Assembly: GCF_009914755.1 (NCBI RefSeq)
Contig: NC_060925.1
DNA: 64,000 nucleotides
Strand: one strand, 5' to 3'
Source of the DNA: the human T2T-CHM13v2.0 reference genome, Homo sapiens
This document shows positions 12,640-25,410 of this stretch, one piece after another. The notes beneath the pieces are model-generated. The model was not told where the DNA came from, made no database searches, and saw only the letters and a list, made by a program, of their open reading frames with translations. Positions within the stretch are counted from its first letter, which is position 1. Every line of letters begins with the position of its first letter. A program made the position numbers and the translations under genes.

Positions 12640-12915
12640 TTTCTTTCTCCTTAAGGAAATCTTACATCTATTCTTCAAAATACAGTTCTACTGTCCCCTT
12701 CTTTGTGAAATCTTGCCAGATACTCCGGCAAAGAATTTTATGTACCTATTTTCTCAAATGCAGTTATATTCTAGCACATTTAACATTGCATTGAAATTAT
12801 TTGTGCTCAAGTTCCTTGCTTTCAAAGACAAAGGCAGTGTATTTTTCACCTTGATAGCCCTACCAGCTTGGGACAAGTAGAACCTCACTAAAAGTCTGTT
12901 AAATTCATGAATAAA
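12640..12915 (+). mobile_element. L2 3' fragment
   Basis: Degenerate L2 end (aagacaaaggcagtgtatttttcacc...ctcactaaaagtctgttaaattcatgaat). Confidence 0.55.
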
Positions 12916-14925
12916 ATAATAATACAAGTTGGATTTCATCTTCATGTTGACCAATTCACTTTTCTCTTATCCTCAGTTACAGACTGTGCCTCTAATCCTA
13001 GCCCCATTTTGGATCTTAGTGAAGTAGCCAATATGCACATTATCATTCCTAAGGGATTGTGGACATTTCTCTGAGAATCTGTCATCATGGCTAAGCAATG
13101 GCAAAAGTGAACGGACAATGATAATAACCACAAAACCCAAAAACAACAGCAATGACAAAAAATGCCAAATAAATATTCTCCTAATGTCAGATCAGTAGCA
13201 CCTTCTTTATGTAGGTAGAACAGATTGTATTATTTATTTAAACGGACAAGTCATAACTTTTAAGCCTGAGTGATCATAGTCTCCTTAGGACTTCCCAGCC
13301 TATGCGTACATTTTTTTTTTAATGTTACTACCTCCAGGCCCTACCCACGTACCATAGACACACCTCACCTCTTCTCAAAGTCCCTCAACTCAAAAGGAAT
13401 TGCTTGAGGTCTCTAAATGCATGTCTTCCCTCAGGCCCCATGTTGGTGTACACACAGGTGCAGTCCATGATGTACACCAATGGTGGCTGGTCATGCAGGC
13501 AGTGCTGATAGACTTGCACCAGCCCTTTGCTGGTCCTTTGAGGTCACCCAGTGCAAACCCTCACAATGTCAAAGCAGTATCACACTCAGAGCTGCGGCCA
13601 AGAGGAGAGAGTCTTCCTCCATCCTGCATGAACAATCTTGCTTTTGTTTCTGGTTTCACCAAGCTCCTGTGAAGACTCCTTGACTTTGCCTATTGCTTGC
13701 TCTCTACAGGGCTCATGAAATAGTTCAGGGAGTAGGGTTAGTCCAAACAGGAGAGAGAGAAGTCCCCTCTCCAGATCTCACCTCTCTCACCTGCCAGTAG
13801 GAACTCATGTACGATCTACCTTGATAAGACTTCTACTGCAAAAAAGAAAAAAAAAAGATTGATTTTGCCTTGTCCATGTCTGAATTACAGTCTAGTCTCC
13901 ACGAGGACCGCTGTCGCAACCACAAAGCTTACTATGTCTTTACATATGAATGTATGGATTTGATATGCTTAGATATCCTAACGGCATGAAACTGGGCCTT
14001 CTGGGTCCAGCCTTGATGCCAGTCTCCCCATTGTGTAGCATCCAGACGAAATACAAAATAGACCTTCTAAAGATCATCAAGAACTCATCTTTTTCTAAGA
14101 TTCTTTCATGAGGAGTGAAGAGAGTGTTTATGTTGTACATCACCCAGCAAGACTTTCAGGAAATACACTTTAGACATCTCTATCTGTTCCTAAGATCTAA
14201 TCCTCAGAGAAGCGTCATCTTTCTCAAGTTTCTAACAAGTCCATGGCTGGGGCTGGGGTAGGTTGCACCCAGGACAGAAGTGGCTCTCTCAACAGCCTCA
14301 TGTGCTTTTGGCATCAGGAAACTAAAGGTACCACATTTCTATTTGGAGAAAAACCTTGGTAAAAGTATCGCTCTCTTAAAATCATTGATTGTTTTCTTCT
14401 CAAAAACCCCACCAGCAAGTAGAAAGCTGTTAATTTTTTTAAGTACTAAATTTTAAGGACAAAAATATGTGCATTTCATCCCAATCCAAGATATTCAAAC
14501 AATTTTCACATTTAATAAATACAAATTTCAATAAGTTAACACATCAGCCTTGGATGGCTGTCCTGGGAAGGGCACGCTGTGGAAGGTTCCAGGACATGCT
14601 GTGCAGGTAATTCCCCTGGTCCCAGAGTCTAAGCCATGTGCTAGAGGAGAAAGATGGATTTTCACAGAGTTCTTTCCTCTTGAAGACAATCTGCCACCAG
14701 GTGTTTCTTGTCACCACAATCATGCCAGACTGCACAAGGATATATCCATTGTCCCAAGTCATGAGCAGTGCTGGGTTTCTTACTGAATATGTTCCCTGAA
14801 GTTCTAGAACGGGAAGCAACAGGGGCTTAGTGACCAGGTATTTATTATTACCCTTATTACCTGGAAGTAAATTAGAGGCAAAGTGTATGATCCAAACCAG
14901 ATGGCTCATGGGTGGAAGGCACTGA

Positions 14926-15233
<308 letters not shown>

Positions 15234-17822
15234 GGGAGACACACTTTTTACCATTTGTTAAGTCTTTGTCTGTCAAAAGTTTGCCTTCAGCATGCTGTGT
15301 CACACATATGACACCTTCCCCCCAGGTCTACTCTAGCAATTTTGTTCCCAGTGCTGTTATTTGCTCTTCTTTTCTGAATACAGCCATTATCATCTTTGTT
15401 TAAATTAGCTTTGCAAGTGTTCAGAATTCATACACTTTTTGGAGAAGAATAAGTGTTTAATGTAACTCCCAGCTATAAATTGCTCCTGCAGTGACCTGAT
15501 GCAGCTATGGCTAATCTTCCAAATCTTGCTCCAACACAGGGGTTCTAAACCTACTCGAGTCCATGCCCTCATGGCAACTCAGTAGTGGTCTCAGCCAGGA
15601 TACTGGGCAATGGATCCCAAGGCAATCAAACACCTATTCCCTTCCTATGATGAATCCAAATTCTACAGAATCATCCACTCCCCCAGAATTCTGGACAAAT
15701 ACTAATTTCCAGCCTGCATTCTTGTGAAGAATTTTCATAGACTTTCCTAATCTTAGAGTGATAAGTTACACGTCCAAGCAAAGAAATATTTGCTTCTCAT
15801 AACATACATGGAGGCACTCACCGTGCATTCTCCCAAACATGCCATTCTGAATTCAGAGTAGTTTCCTCGCTTTCCCTTCTACTTTGAGGTGGACTCCAAG
15901 GGACATCCCAAATTGTGCTTGTTACTGCCTAAGCTCTTCCACACTGTAGGTCCAGCAGTTATGGTGAAATTGCTCTCTTGACCCAGTTCTATGTTGACGA
16001 TTTAAACAAAGGTATGGTTGGGTACTTAGGTTCCAATTCCTGGTTGACAGTCCACACAAAAACAAACAGGATCTTTCCCCCTGCCTCGAAGGTAGGAGCA
16101 CAGCATGGCACAGCATCTGAGGAAACAAAATCCAATATAAGAAAAGCACTGAAAAACAATGCATGTTTTTTATGGAAGTGTCCTGGGAGCTGTGGAGTGT
16201 AGGTGAGGTGGAACTTACTTCTTATAACATAAAGAGACACTTCTGGAAAGCCTGCTTAGATATCTCTCTCCCTGCAAAATATTGTATAGCGGCTGTCCCC
16301 AACTCCTCCTGCCCTCTGCCTCCAAACATTCCCAAGCCAAGTCACCGTTTTCTACTCTCTCTTACTTTGGCCAACCTTCTCTAAGTCTCTCCCTGCCTTT
16401 CAAATTGTTGTCGTGGTTGCTGTTGTTGTTATTGCTCCAGGTATCTGTCTTGATGACCTCTCTTATGTAGATCAATTCAACCTTTCTCATCTTCTCCAAG
16501 CCTGTATCTCCAGCTCTCACCCTATTCAGGGAAAACAAGACCTAGTGTGTGAGGCATGAAAAAGTGGTTTCCTCTGAAGGGATTGGAGGCTACACACAGT
16601 CAGCATTTCTGTCCCAATCATGCTGAGTTCAACTGCACTTTGAAAGGCTAGGTGAGGGCTGGTAAAAATGCTCACAAGCTTTTCTTGCCTATGGACTGCT
16701 TAAAACTCTCTTGCTCTGTTTAGCTGATGAGAAACAACTTTTCCCTCCCACCGATGAAAGAAATCTGCCCAAGCACTGCTACACTTCTTGGCTCTCAGCT
16801 TGCTTTCTGTTTCACACCTTTGCTACAGATGAAGGATGTGATGAAGTGTTTTGGTTGAGAGATGTACTCCCCCAAAACTCCTTCCTTTCTACTTTTAACA
16901 GAGTGGAGGCATCATAAATAGTGTTACTTGAGAAGTGGAATTAATAATGCCACACAGGAGTTGAAAATAATGGGTACAGTCACTAGGCCAGAGTGGAGAT
17001 AAGAAATTGCCAGAATATGAGAAGTTCTATATGTCAGTTTGAGTGCAGCAGAGATACTCGAAAGACCCTTTAATAAGGGCTGACTGGGATTTGTTTGGGA
17101 GAGCTTCATGGAAGTATGTTTTGATCAGTATTTCAAAGAAAACAAGGCAGTGTTTTAAAAGAAAGAGGTGGAAAGCAGATTTCAGGGATAGATGCATCGT
17201 CCTATAGAATTCTTTATCTAAAATCTTTGTACCTTACAGAATGATTGACATACGGCAGGTATCAGGAGATGATCATGAAGTGAATTGATTAATAACTGAG
17301 ATTGCATGCTGCCTAATTAGTGTTCTAACCTGTGCCCAGAACTGGGTCACATGAGGAGAATGAGACTAACCAGGTACAGAGACAAATGAAGAGACATTTA
17401 ATGAGGGTCTTTGGATAACATTTGCTGGTTCCACTCCAATGTCAAAGGAACTTCAATGTCAAACATATTTCCTACTTATCTCACCTCAGACAGATGCCCT
17501 AGGATGTAACCACTGAATTCTTAATTTTCTGGACATCAAAACAAGAATTGTTAAAAGAATGCTGTTTGAATTGTAAATGACAGAGATGGAACTGAGTGAA
17601 AGATTGCTGAGGCTGGTGGGCTGGGGTGGGCAGGAGAGTAGTGTTTGGTGGGAGTTAGTTGAGAAAGACCATATGGCCCCTCTCGAAACTCAGTATTACA
17701 GCAAGCTTCTTCCAAGTTTCCTCCTGGCTCTCCCTAGAATTTTGGTGTTCGTGCCATATGAATACAACTACTACTTTACGAAGGGTATAAGAATAGAGTG
17801 TTGATTTAGATTATTTTGGTCA

Positions 17823-18220
17823 GTATTTGTCAGTTCTGCCACTGCTATAAAGAAATACCTGGAACTGGGTAATTTATAAAGAAAAGAGGTTTCCTCGGCT
17901 CACAGTTCCACAGGCTGCACAGGAAGCATGGCTGGGGAGGTCTCAGGAGACTTACAATCACAGCGGAAGGCAAACGGGAAGCAGGCATATCTTACACGGC
18001 AGGAGCAAAAGGCAGAGAGAGAGAGAGAAGGGGGAAATGCTGCACATTTTCAAACAACCAGATCTTGTGAGAACTGTCACAAGACAACACTAGGGGATCG
18101 TGCTAAACCATTAGAAACCATCCCCACGAGCCAGTCATCTCCCACCAGGCCCCACCTCCAGCAATAGGGATTATAATTCCACATGAGATTTGGGTGGGGA
18201 CACAGAGCCAACCCGTATCA
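17823..18220 (-). mobile_element. MST (MaLR) solo LTR
   Basis: ctgctataaagaaatacctg...catgagatttgggtggggacacagagccaacccgtatca. Confidence 0.88.
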
Positions 18221-19204
18221 GTCAGTCTTTGTCTCCTTTGCCATATTTGGAATATTCTAAAGATTAATAGTGTGTTTGCTAATATTAATATCTCATTGCA
18301 TATAATAATTTTAGATGCAATTATGAAGGATAATGGGATTGACTCTGGATAAGGAAGAAGAAAAGTAAGGGGCATATTGCTGGATGTTAAAATGAAATCT
18401 GTGTGTGTCTGGGCGGGGTGGGAGGGCAGTCTGTAAACGCATACACAAGTCAGCTGACCTGTGGCCAATTTTCAAAGAGAAATTTTGCTGCTGTGGTTAG
18501 TGTGGTTAGTTACCAACTTTCTTTTTCTTACTACTTTCTTATTCACTTATTGTCTAATTGGGGTAAAACTCTTTCCCCTCGATGTGATCTTTCCCTCCTT
18601 CACCTTATCCTTCAGATCAGAGGAAAATATATCTATCTCTACGTCTATCTTTGCTACTGTGCTTCACAATAAAAACTTTTTTCAAAGATTAAAAAAAGCT
18701 ACTTTTATCTTCTCACACATTTCTAGAAAATTATCCAAAATCAATCATCTTGTCCTACCTCATTCCTTTCAAATAAATTTAGATTTTTACTGTTCATTCT
18801 CACCTGCATGCTCATAAAATAACTAAAGCGGCACAGCCTGGAGGTGACAGCTTGAAGCTGCTGGCCAAAGCCAGTGGGTGTGAATGGCAATGTGGAAATA
18901 AATGGAGACCCACCGAATGAGAACAAACAAAGGCTGTTATTATTCAGAGCTTGCTACAGCAAGGGAGTCAGCCATCATCACTTGTGTTTTAGCAGAGGCT
19001 AAAAAACTGGCAGAGGACTAGGAGAGCTTCATTGGAAACATCCTTCAGTGGAAGGCTTCAGGTGTGCCCTGATTGGAGGCTACTGGGAGAGGGAAGCTGG
19101 AGGTGGCTGGCTAGAAGCAGGCAACCTATGTGATTGGTTGGGGGAGCGTATTCTACATTCTCTGGTCAGTCCTAAATTAGAAGTGGAAACTCAAATTAGG
19201 GAAT

Positions 19205-20345
19205 TTGTCAATTAGGAATCACATTAAAATGGTCAATAAGTATTTGAGAAAATGCTCAACATCACGAATCATCAGGGAAATGCAAATCAAAACCACAATG
19301 AGGTATCATCTCACCCCAATTAGAATGACTATTATCAAAAAGCCCCAAAATAACAAATGCTGGCATAGATGTGGAGAAAGGGAACTTTTTAAGAATTTTT
19401 TATTTATATTTATATATTTTTAAGAGACAGGGTCTTGCTCAGAAGTACAGTAGTGCAATCATACATAGCTCACTGTAACCTTGAACTCATGGCCTCAAGT
19501 GATCCTCCCTCAGCCTCCCAAAAGTGCTGGGATTAAAGGCACAAGCCACTGTGCCCAGCCCCAAAGGAAAATACACAGTTGGTGGGAATGTAAATTAGTG
19601 CAGCTACTGCAGAAAATAGTATTCAGTTTTTCTCGAAAAACTGAAAATAGAACTACCATACAATCTGTCAATTCCACTATGGATATTTATTATCCAAAGA
19701 AAAGGAAACCAGTATATCACAGGGATACCTGAACCTCCATGTTTATCGCAGCACTATTAGATATAGCATAGATATGGAATCAACTTAAGTGTCCATCCAC
19801 AAATGAATGGCTTTTTTAAAAATGTGGCATGTATACACAATGGAATACTATTCAGCCATAAAAAAAGAATAAAATTCTGTCATTTGTAGCAGCATGGATG
19901 GAACCAAAGGTCATTATGTTGAGTGAAATAAGCCAGGCACAACAAGAAAAATATTGAATGTTCTCACTCACATGTAAGCTAAAAAATGTTGACGTCATGG
20001 AGATTGTAAAATGATAGATACCAGAGGCTGGGAAAGGTAATGTGGGGGCAGGGAAAAAAGAGAGGTTGATTAATGAATGCAAAACTATGGTTGGATAGGA
20101 GGAATAAGTCCTAGTGTTTGATAGCACAATAGGGTAATTATAGTTAACAAAAATATATTGTATATTTCAATAGCTAGAAGAGAAGATTTGGAATGTTCCA
20201 AATGCAAACAAATAATAAATGTTTAAGCCAATGGATGTCCTAAATACCTTGATTTGATCATTACACATTGTATGCATGTATCGAAATATCACATGTATAT
20301 ACAATTATGATGTATCAAAAATTAGTGAGTTTTAAAAAAAGACTT
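19205..20345 (+). mobile_element. L1MA 3' end
   Basis: ORF2 C-terminus ([19 protein letters not shown]) followed by an L1MA-type 3'UTR. Confidence 0.85.
19386..19561 (-). mobile_element. Alu monomer (FLAM-like) inside L1MA
   Basis: Single antisense Alu arm with a T-rich tail. Confidence 0.8.
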
Positions 20346-21699
20346 ATAAAGCAAAAAAAGATTAGCCATGGCTTTTTGGGGTTCTTGTTTGACTTCCTGG
20401 ACTGTTGCTAGACAAAGCAACCTGACTTTCCACAAGTCTGACACAGCCGGCTGGCTTCCTGGGCTGGCTACTGTGTTGGCTTCCTGGGCAGGTTGCTGCA
20501 GGCTGTAGGTCAGAGTTCTGTCTTTTAGGCATGGTCTGGCTGTTTTCTGTTTATCTATTCAGTCTCTCATTAGTGTTGCCAGAACCAGGAGGTAGAACCA
20601 GGAAAGGCTAAAATTCCTGAAGGCACAGAAGCTCGGACTGGATTATTCATCCATTTACATCATTTCATGTGTCAGCCATCAAAGCGAGGTTGATGCTTGA
20701 GTCTTGGGATCAAGCCCTCACTGACTTACCCCACCCCAGACAATTGGTGGTAGGTTAGGAAGGGCAGCTGTTCTCTCTGAGACCCACTCACACTGTGGCT
20801 CAAGTAGCTTCTGAGCCACAGCAGTGCTCAACAAGGTAGTGGGAAAACTCCTATCCCTTAGGCTGTAATTGCTCTGTAATTTATTCAGAAGGAGGGCACG
20901 GTGTATTCCCAATGACAGGCAGCAGTATTGAAAAGCTATCAGCAGACCATGAGCATGTTGAATGCATTTCCTAATCTCCTTTTCCATCTGCCTGGGTTGA
21001 CCTGACAGTCTGACTCTCTGAAAATAAGAGAGCATACTGGGGAAGCTGTTTTTCTTCTTAATTTCTTAATTTGATCTGGCCTGCATCATCTCCTTTCTGT
21101 GTCAAACTCTGGGATTCCGAGGTTTTAAAAAATAACAGCAAAGATTTGCTTGGTGCTAGAGATTTAGTATCTGATCAGATGGCTAAAGAGCAACTGTGAA
21201 GCAATTAATGTAAATATTCATTTAATAAATGACCGAATAAAAAATGAATTGAATAAATGACTGAATTCAGAACTCATCTTAGATTTCACCGCACCTCTGG
21301 GAAGTTCGTCACACCTTGCTGGTCAGAGGGGTGGCCTGTTGTCCCCCTGGCTTCTGTACCTTAGTGTTGAAAGACAGCGCTGTTGAATGGCTATGGTGTT
21401 CCTACCACTCTCCTCCTTTACTCTGTAAGCTACTTTTTTGGAACAAGTATTCTTATTTTGTTTCTGCATCCCCAGCACTTGTCAGTGAAACTGCACAGAG
21501 CAGGAATGAGTCTAGTGTTCATGAAAGGAACATGGAAACAGTACAAGAAAAAACCTTGGCAATTTGGTAATACTGAGGAGAATTTTCCTAGTATCATCAC
21601 CATTCCTTTCTTCACTGCCTTTAAGGATTAACAACTTTTTTTTTTGTAAAATTTCAGTCTGCAGCACATGAATCATTTATAAAAGGCTACCAAATGATA

Positions 21700-22230
21700 A
21701 AATACTATCTTATCTCTGTGAGGTAGTTGGATCTGAGCAGGAAAGTAGGCTCTGTTGATAGATTCAGGTAAACAGAATTAGTGCCAAATGAAATGTCTAT
21801 ATGAAGAAGTGGTTGCCGGGGTGTGAGGCATTTGGGTGGGCAAGTAAGAGAGAAGGTTTCCAGCTGGGCCATCATGGTGCCATCTGGAGAAAGAGGAACG
21901 CAGGAAGTTGGGGAGACCAGGATAAAATCAATCCTGGACATGGTGAGTTGGAGGTACTTATCAGACATCAAAGCGGAGTGCAGAAGAAAGATTGTGCTGG
22001 AGTTATTGATTTGGGAGTCAGTAGCACTGAAGAGATTACTGAAGACTCACAGTGAGTTCCTTTGTCCAGGTACAGTGAAAACTAGTAAAGAAGAAAGAGC
22101 AGAAAGCCCAAGGCTGTGCCCTGAGAAACACCTGTCTCAGGGACAAGAAGAGGGACCTGCTATGGATACAGAAAAGCATCCAGAAAAGGAGAGGCCAGAT
22201 ATAGGAAACCAGGAGACATAATGTTTGGAG
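21700..22230 (-). mobile_element. L2 fragment
   Basis: tggacatggtgagttggaggtac...gatttgggagtcagtagca, typical antisense L2. Confidence 0.65.
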
Positions 22231-22532
22231 ATTGTGCAGGAGAAGGCTTGGAACTGTGATTGCCCCCAAACAAAGAGGCTGAGGGTCAATCCTGACCTTT
22301 ATGATAAGAGTTGCTTATACTGATCAATAATTTCTGCAGGAAAGAGAAAGACATGAACATCTATTTCTAACTCAGATGACTCTTCCAAAAGCCCAGCTGG
22401 CTAAAAATATAGAAGGTAGTTGAAAAAAATACAAATAGGCAATATATAAGTTTTCTTTGCCTGTGAAATTCTAATATATACAATCACCTACTGTTCCTAG
22501 ATAATCTGTCAGTGAAGTAACATGTTGTTTCC

Positions 22533-22674
22533 TTTCATTTTATTTTATTTTTTTGTATTGATGTGGTCTTGCTATGTTGCCCAGGCTGGCCTCAAACTCC
22601 TGACCTCAAGCAATCTTCCTGCCACAGCCTTCCAACTTGCTGTGATTACAGGCATGAGCCACTGTGCCCAGCCC
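22533..22674 (-). mobile_element. Alu monomer (FLAM_C/AluJ left arm)
   Basis: Single antisense Alu arm. Confidence 0.85.
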
Positions 22675-23459
22675 TGTTTCTTTTAAAACCAGAAAAAATA
22701 GTACAAAATAACTCACATAATTCCTACAAAACATAAGATCAATCCAGACATTTTATAAGATTCCAGCGGCCCATAATGAAACCAACATTGCCTATACAAA
22801 TTGTGTTCCCTTGGTGCAGATCAGAAACTGAGGTATATTTGCACAGAAAAAGACTGTCCTAGAATAAACCCTGTGGCCTAATGTTTCCTGTTATTTGACA
22901 AGATGGTGAGCTAGGAGAGACATAATAGAATGCAGTATTGGTGGAGGCAGAGAGTCCTCTACTGTGGCCAGGGACATGGAGAAAAGTGTGTGAGAAGGTG
23001 CAGAAAAGATTATTGGTTTGGTAGTAGGAATTTCAAGGACATTTTTTCTGATAGCTGCTATTTTATTTGAAGTAGGAGGTGAGGTAATTTGCTGAGAGTG
23101 AGCAGAGTGGGAGTAAGGATGTATGTATGCAGAAAATGCAAAAGGTTTCAATTTTTGGTTTAGATTTTTTTTTTTTTTTGGTGGAGATCAGAAGAGAAAG
23201 ATGACTTAGGAAAACATAGGATGGGTAGGTAGTTAATTTAGAGGGGCACCAGCCTTAGACTTTCCTCTTCAACCAAAACAATTTTAAGTCCTTCTGTCTA
23301 CCGCCACAACAACTGAGTTTAACCTCCTTTTCTTACAAATAATACTTATGTGTGTTTCTGAAGAATTGCCCTTCTGCGAAGGCACCTGTGGTTTAAAGTA
23401 GCTACCTTCCTTCTGATGGTTCATGATGCTTCTCTTTGTGTAACTACTCAGATATATAG

Positions 23460-23640
23460 GCTCTCCTTGCCTTCCATCATGAGTAAAAGCCTCCTGAGGC
23501 CATCACCAGAAACTAGGCAGATGCTGATGCCATGCTTCTTATACAGCCTGCAGAACTGTAAGCCAAATAAACCTCTTTTTTTTATAAATTACCCAATCTC
23601 AGGTATTCCTTTATAGCATGTAAAATGAATGAAGTAACAC
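23460..23640 (+). mobile_element. MST/MLT1A LTR 3' half
   Basis: cagcctgcagaactgtaagccaaataaacctc...aattacccaatctcaggtattcctttatagca. Confidence 0.75.
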
Positions 23641-23664
23641 ATTACTCCTGTCTAGTTAATATCA

Positions 23665-23862
23665 TAGCTGACAGTTATACATATTTATGGGGTACAATGT
23701 GATGTTTCAATGCATGTACACATAGTATAATGATAAGAGTAATTTCCATATTCATCATTTTAGACATTTATCCGTTCCTGGCAGTGATGACATTCAAAAT
23801 CTCTTCTAGATGCCTTGAAATACATACTACATTGTTACTTGCTATAGTCACCCTGCTGTGTA
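23665..23862 (-). mobile_element. L1MA 3' end fragment
   Basis: acatatttatggggtacaatgtgatgtttc...ctatagtcaccctgctgtg. Confidence 0.7.
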
Positions 23863-24535
23863 GTTGTGGATATTTTTAGTGTTATTGAATTTCCTGATGG
23901 AATAGGAATAAAGCTTTATATTTCTTTCCTACTGATTTCTTCTACCATGTTGCACTAGAGAACACAAAGTGCAAACGATGATGATAATAATGACGCTCTT
24001 GCTATTTTGGAAACCATCCAAAATACAGGCAATATCAACTGTGAATGCAAAGAATTTTCACTTTAAAACGGTATCTAACTGGTAAACCCTTTGCAACCTC
24101 TCTCTAGACACACTAAAATATTTGTAAAAATAGAGAAAGAGATAACATTCTTTTTTATTGCTGTAAGAACACTTAACATACAATCTACCCTCTTAGCAAA
24201 TGTTTAGGTGTTATAATATATTATTGTTAACTATAAGCCCAATATTGTACAGCAGATCTCTAGAGCTTAATCATCTTGCATAGCTGAAATGTTACACCCA
24301 TTGAATAGCAGCTGTTCATTTCTTCCTCCTCCCTGCCCCAGAAATCATCATTCTTTGTGCCCACTTTATATATCTCATAAATATTGCTATCATGCTTATT
24401 TCACTTGGCATAAGGTCCTCAAGGTTTATTCATGTTGTCACATATGCCTCAAGGTTTATTTATGTTGTCACATATGGCAGGATTTCCTTCATTTTTTAAG
24501 GCTGAAAGATATTTCATTATATGTGTATACCACAT

Positions 24536-24700
24536 TAATATGGTCTGGGTCTGTGTCCCCAAATCTCATGTCAAATTGTAATCTTCAGTGTTGGAGTCGG
24601 GGCCTGGTGGGAGGTGATTGGATTGTGGGGGCAGATTTCCCCTTTGGTGCTGTTCTTGTGATAGTGAGTGAAAGATTGTGAGATCTGGTTGTTTAAAAGG
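24536..24700 (+). mobile_element. MST LTR 5' half
   Basis: atatggtctgggtctgtgtccccaaatctcatgtcaaattgtaatc...gagatctggttgtttaaaag. Confidence 0.8.
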
Positions 24701-25109
24701 ACAAATAGGCACATCTTCTTTATCTGCTCATCCATTAATGAAGATTTAGTTGTTTTTACAACTTGATTACTGTGAATAATGCTGTAATGAACATGGGAGT
24801 GCAAATATCTCCTCAAGTTCTTTTGGATAAATACCCAAAAGTAAGACTGATCATGTGGTGTTGCTATTTTTAATTTTTTGAAAAACCTCCATATTGTTTC
24901 CCATAGGGGCTGCACAATTTTGCATTCCTACCAACAGTGCACAAAGGTTCCAATTTCTCCACATCCTCATCAACACTTACAATTTTTTCTTGGTTTTTTT
25001 TTTTTTTGACAATAGCCATCCTGACAGGTGGAAGGTTATATCTCATTGTAGTTTTTCTTTATATTCCCTTGATGGTTAGTGATATTGAGCACCTTTTCTG
25101 TTCATTTGA

Positions 25110-25410
25110 TTCTTGGTTGGTTTGTTTGTTTTGAAACAGAGTCTTGCTTTGTCGCCCAGGTTGACTGCAGTGGTGCAAACATGCCCACTACAACCACGAC
25201 CTCTTGGGCTCAAGTGATCCTCCTGTCACAGCCTCCCAAGTAACTGAGACTACAGGTATGACGACCACACCAGGCTAATTAAAGACAAATTGTAGAGCTG
25301 GGATCTTACTATGTTGCCCAAGCTGGTCTCAAACTCCTGGGCACACAAAATCCTCCTGCCTCAGCCTCCCAAAGTGCTGGGTTTACAGGCAAGAGCAAGT
25401 GTGCCTGGCT
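25110..25410 (-). mobile_element. AluJ
   Basis: Diverged antisense dimer with gggctcaagtgatcctcc. Confidence 0.88.

Larger units (their letters stand above)
18890..20569 (-). mobile_element. Old ERVL-type LTR (MER76-like), split by an L1 insertion; LTR pieces at ~18890-19203 and ~20350-20569
   Basis: ttattcagagcttgctacagcaagggagtcagcc... and ...ggtcagagttctg...tattcagtctctca; subfamily name uncertain. Confidence 0.55.
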
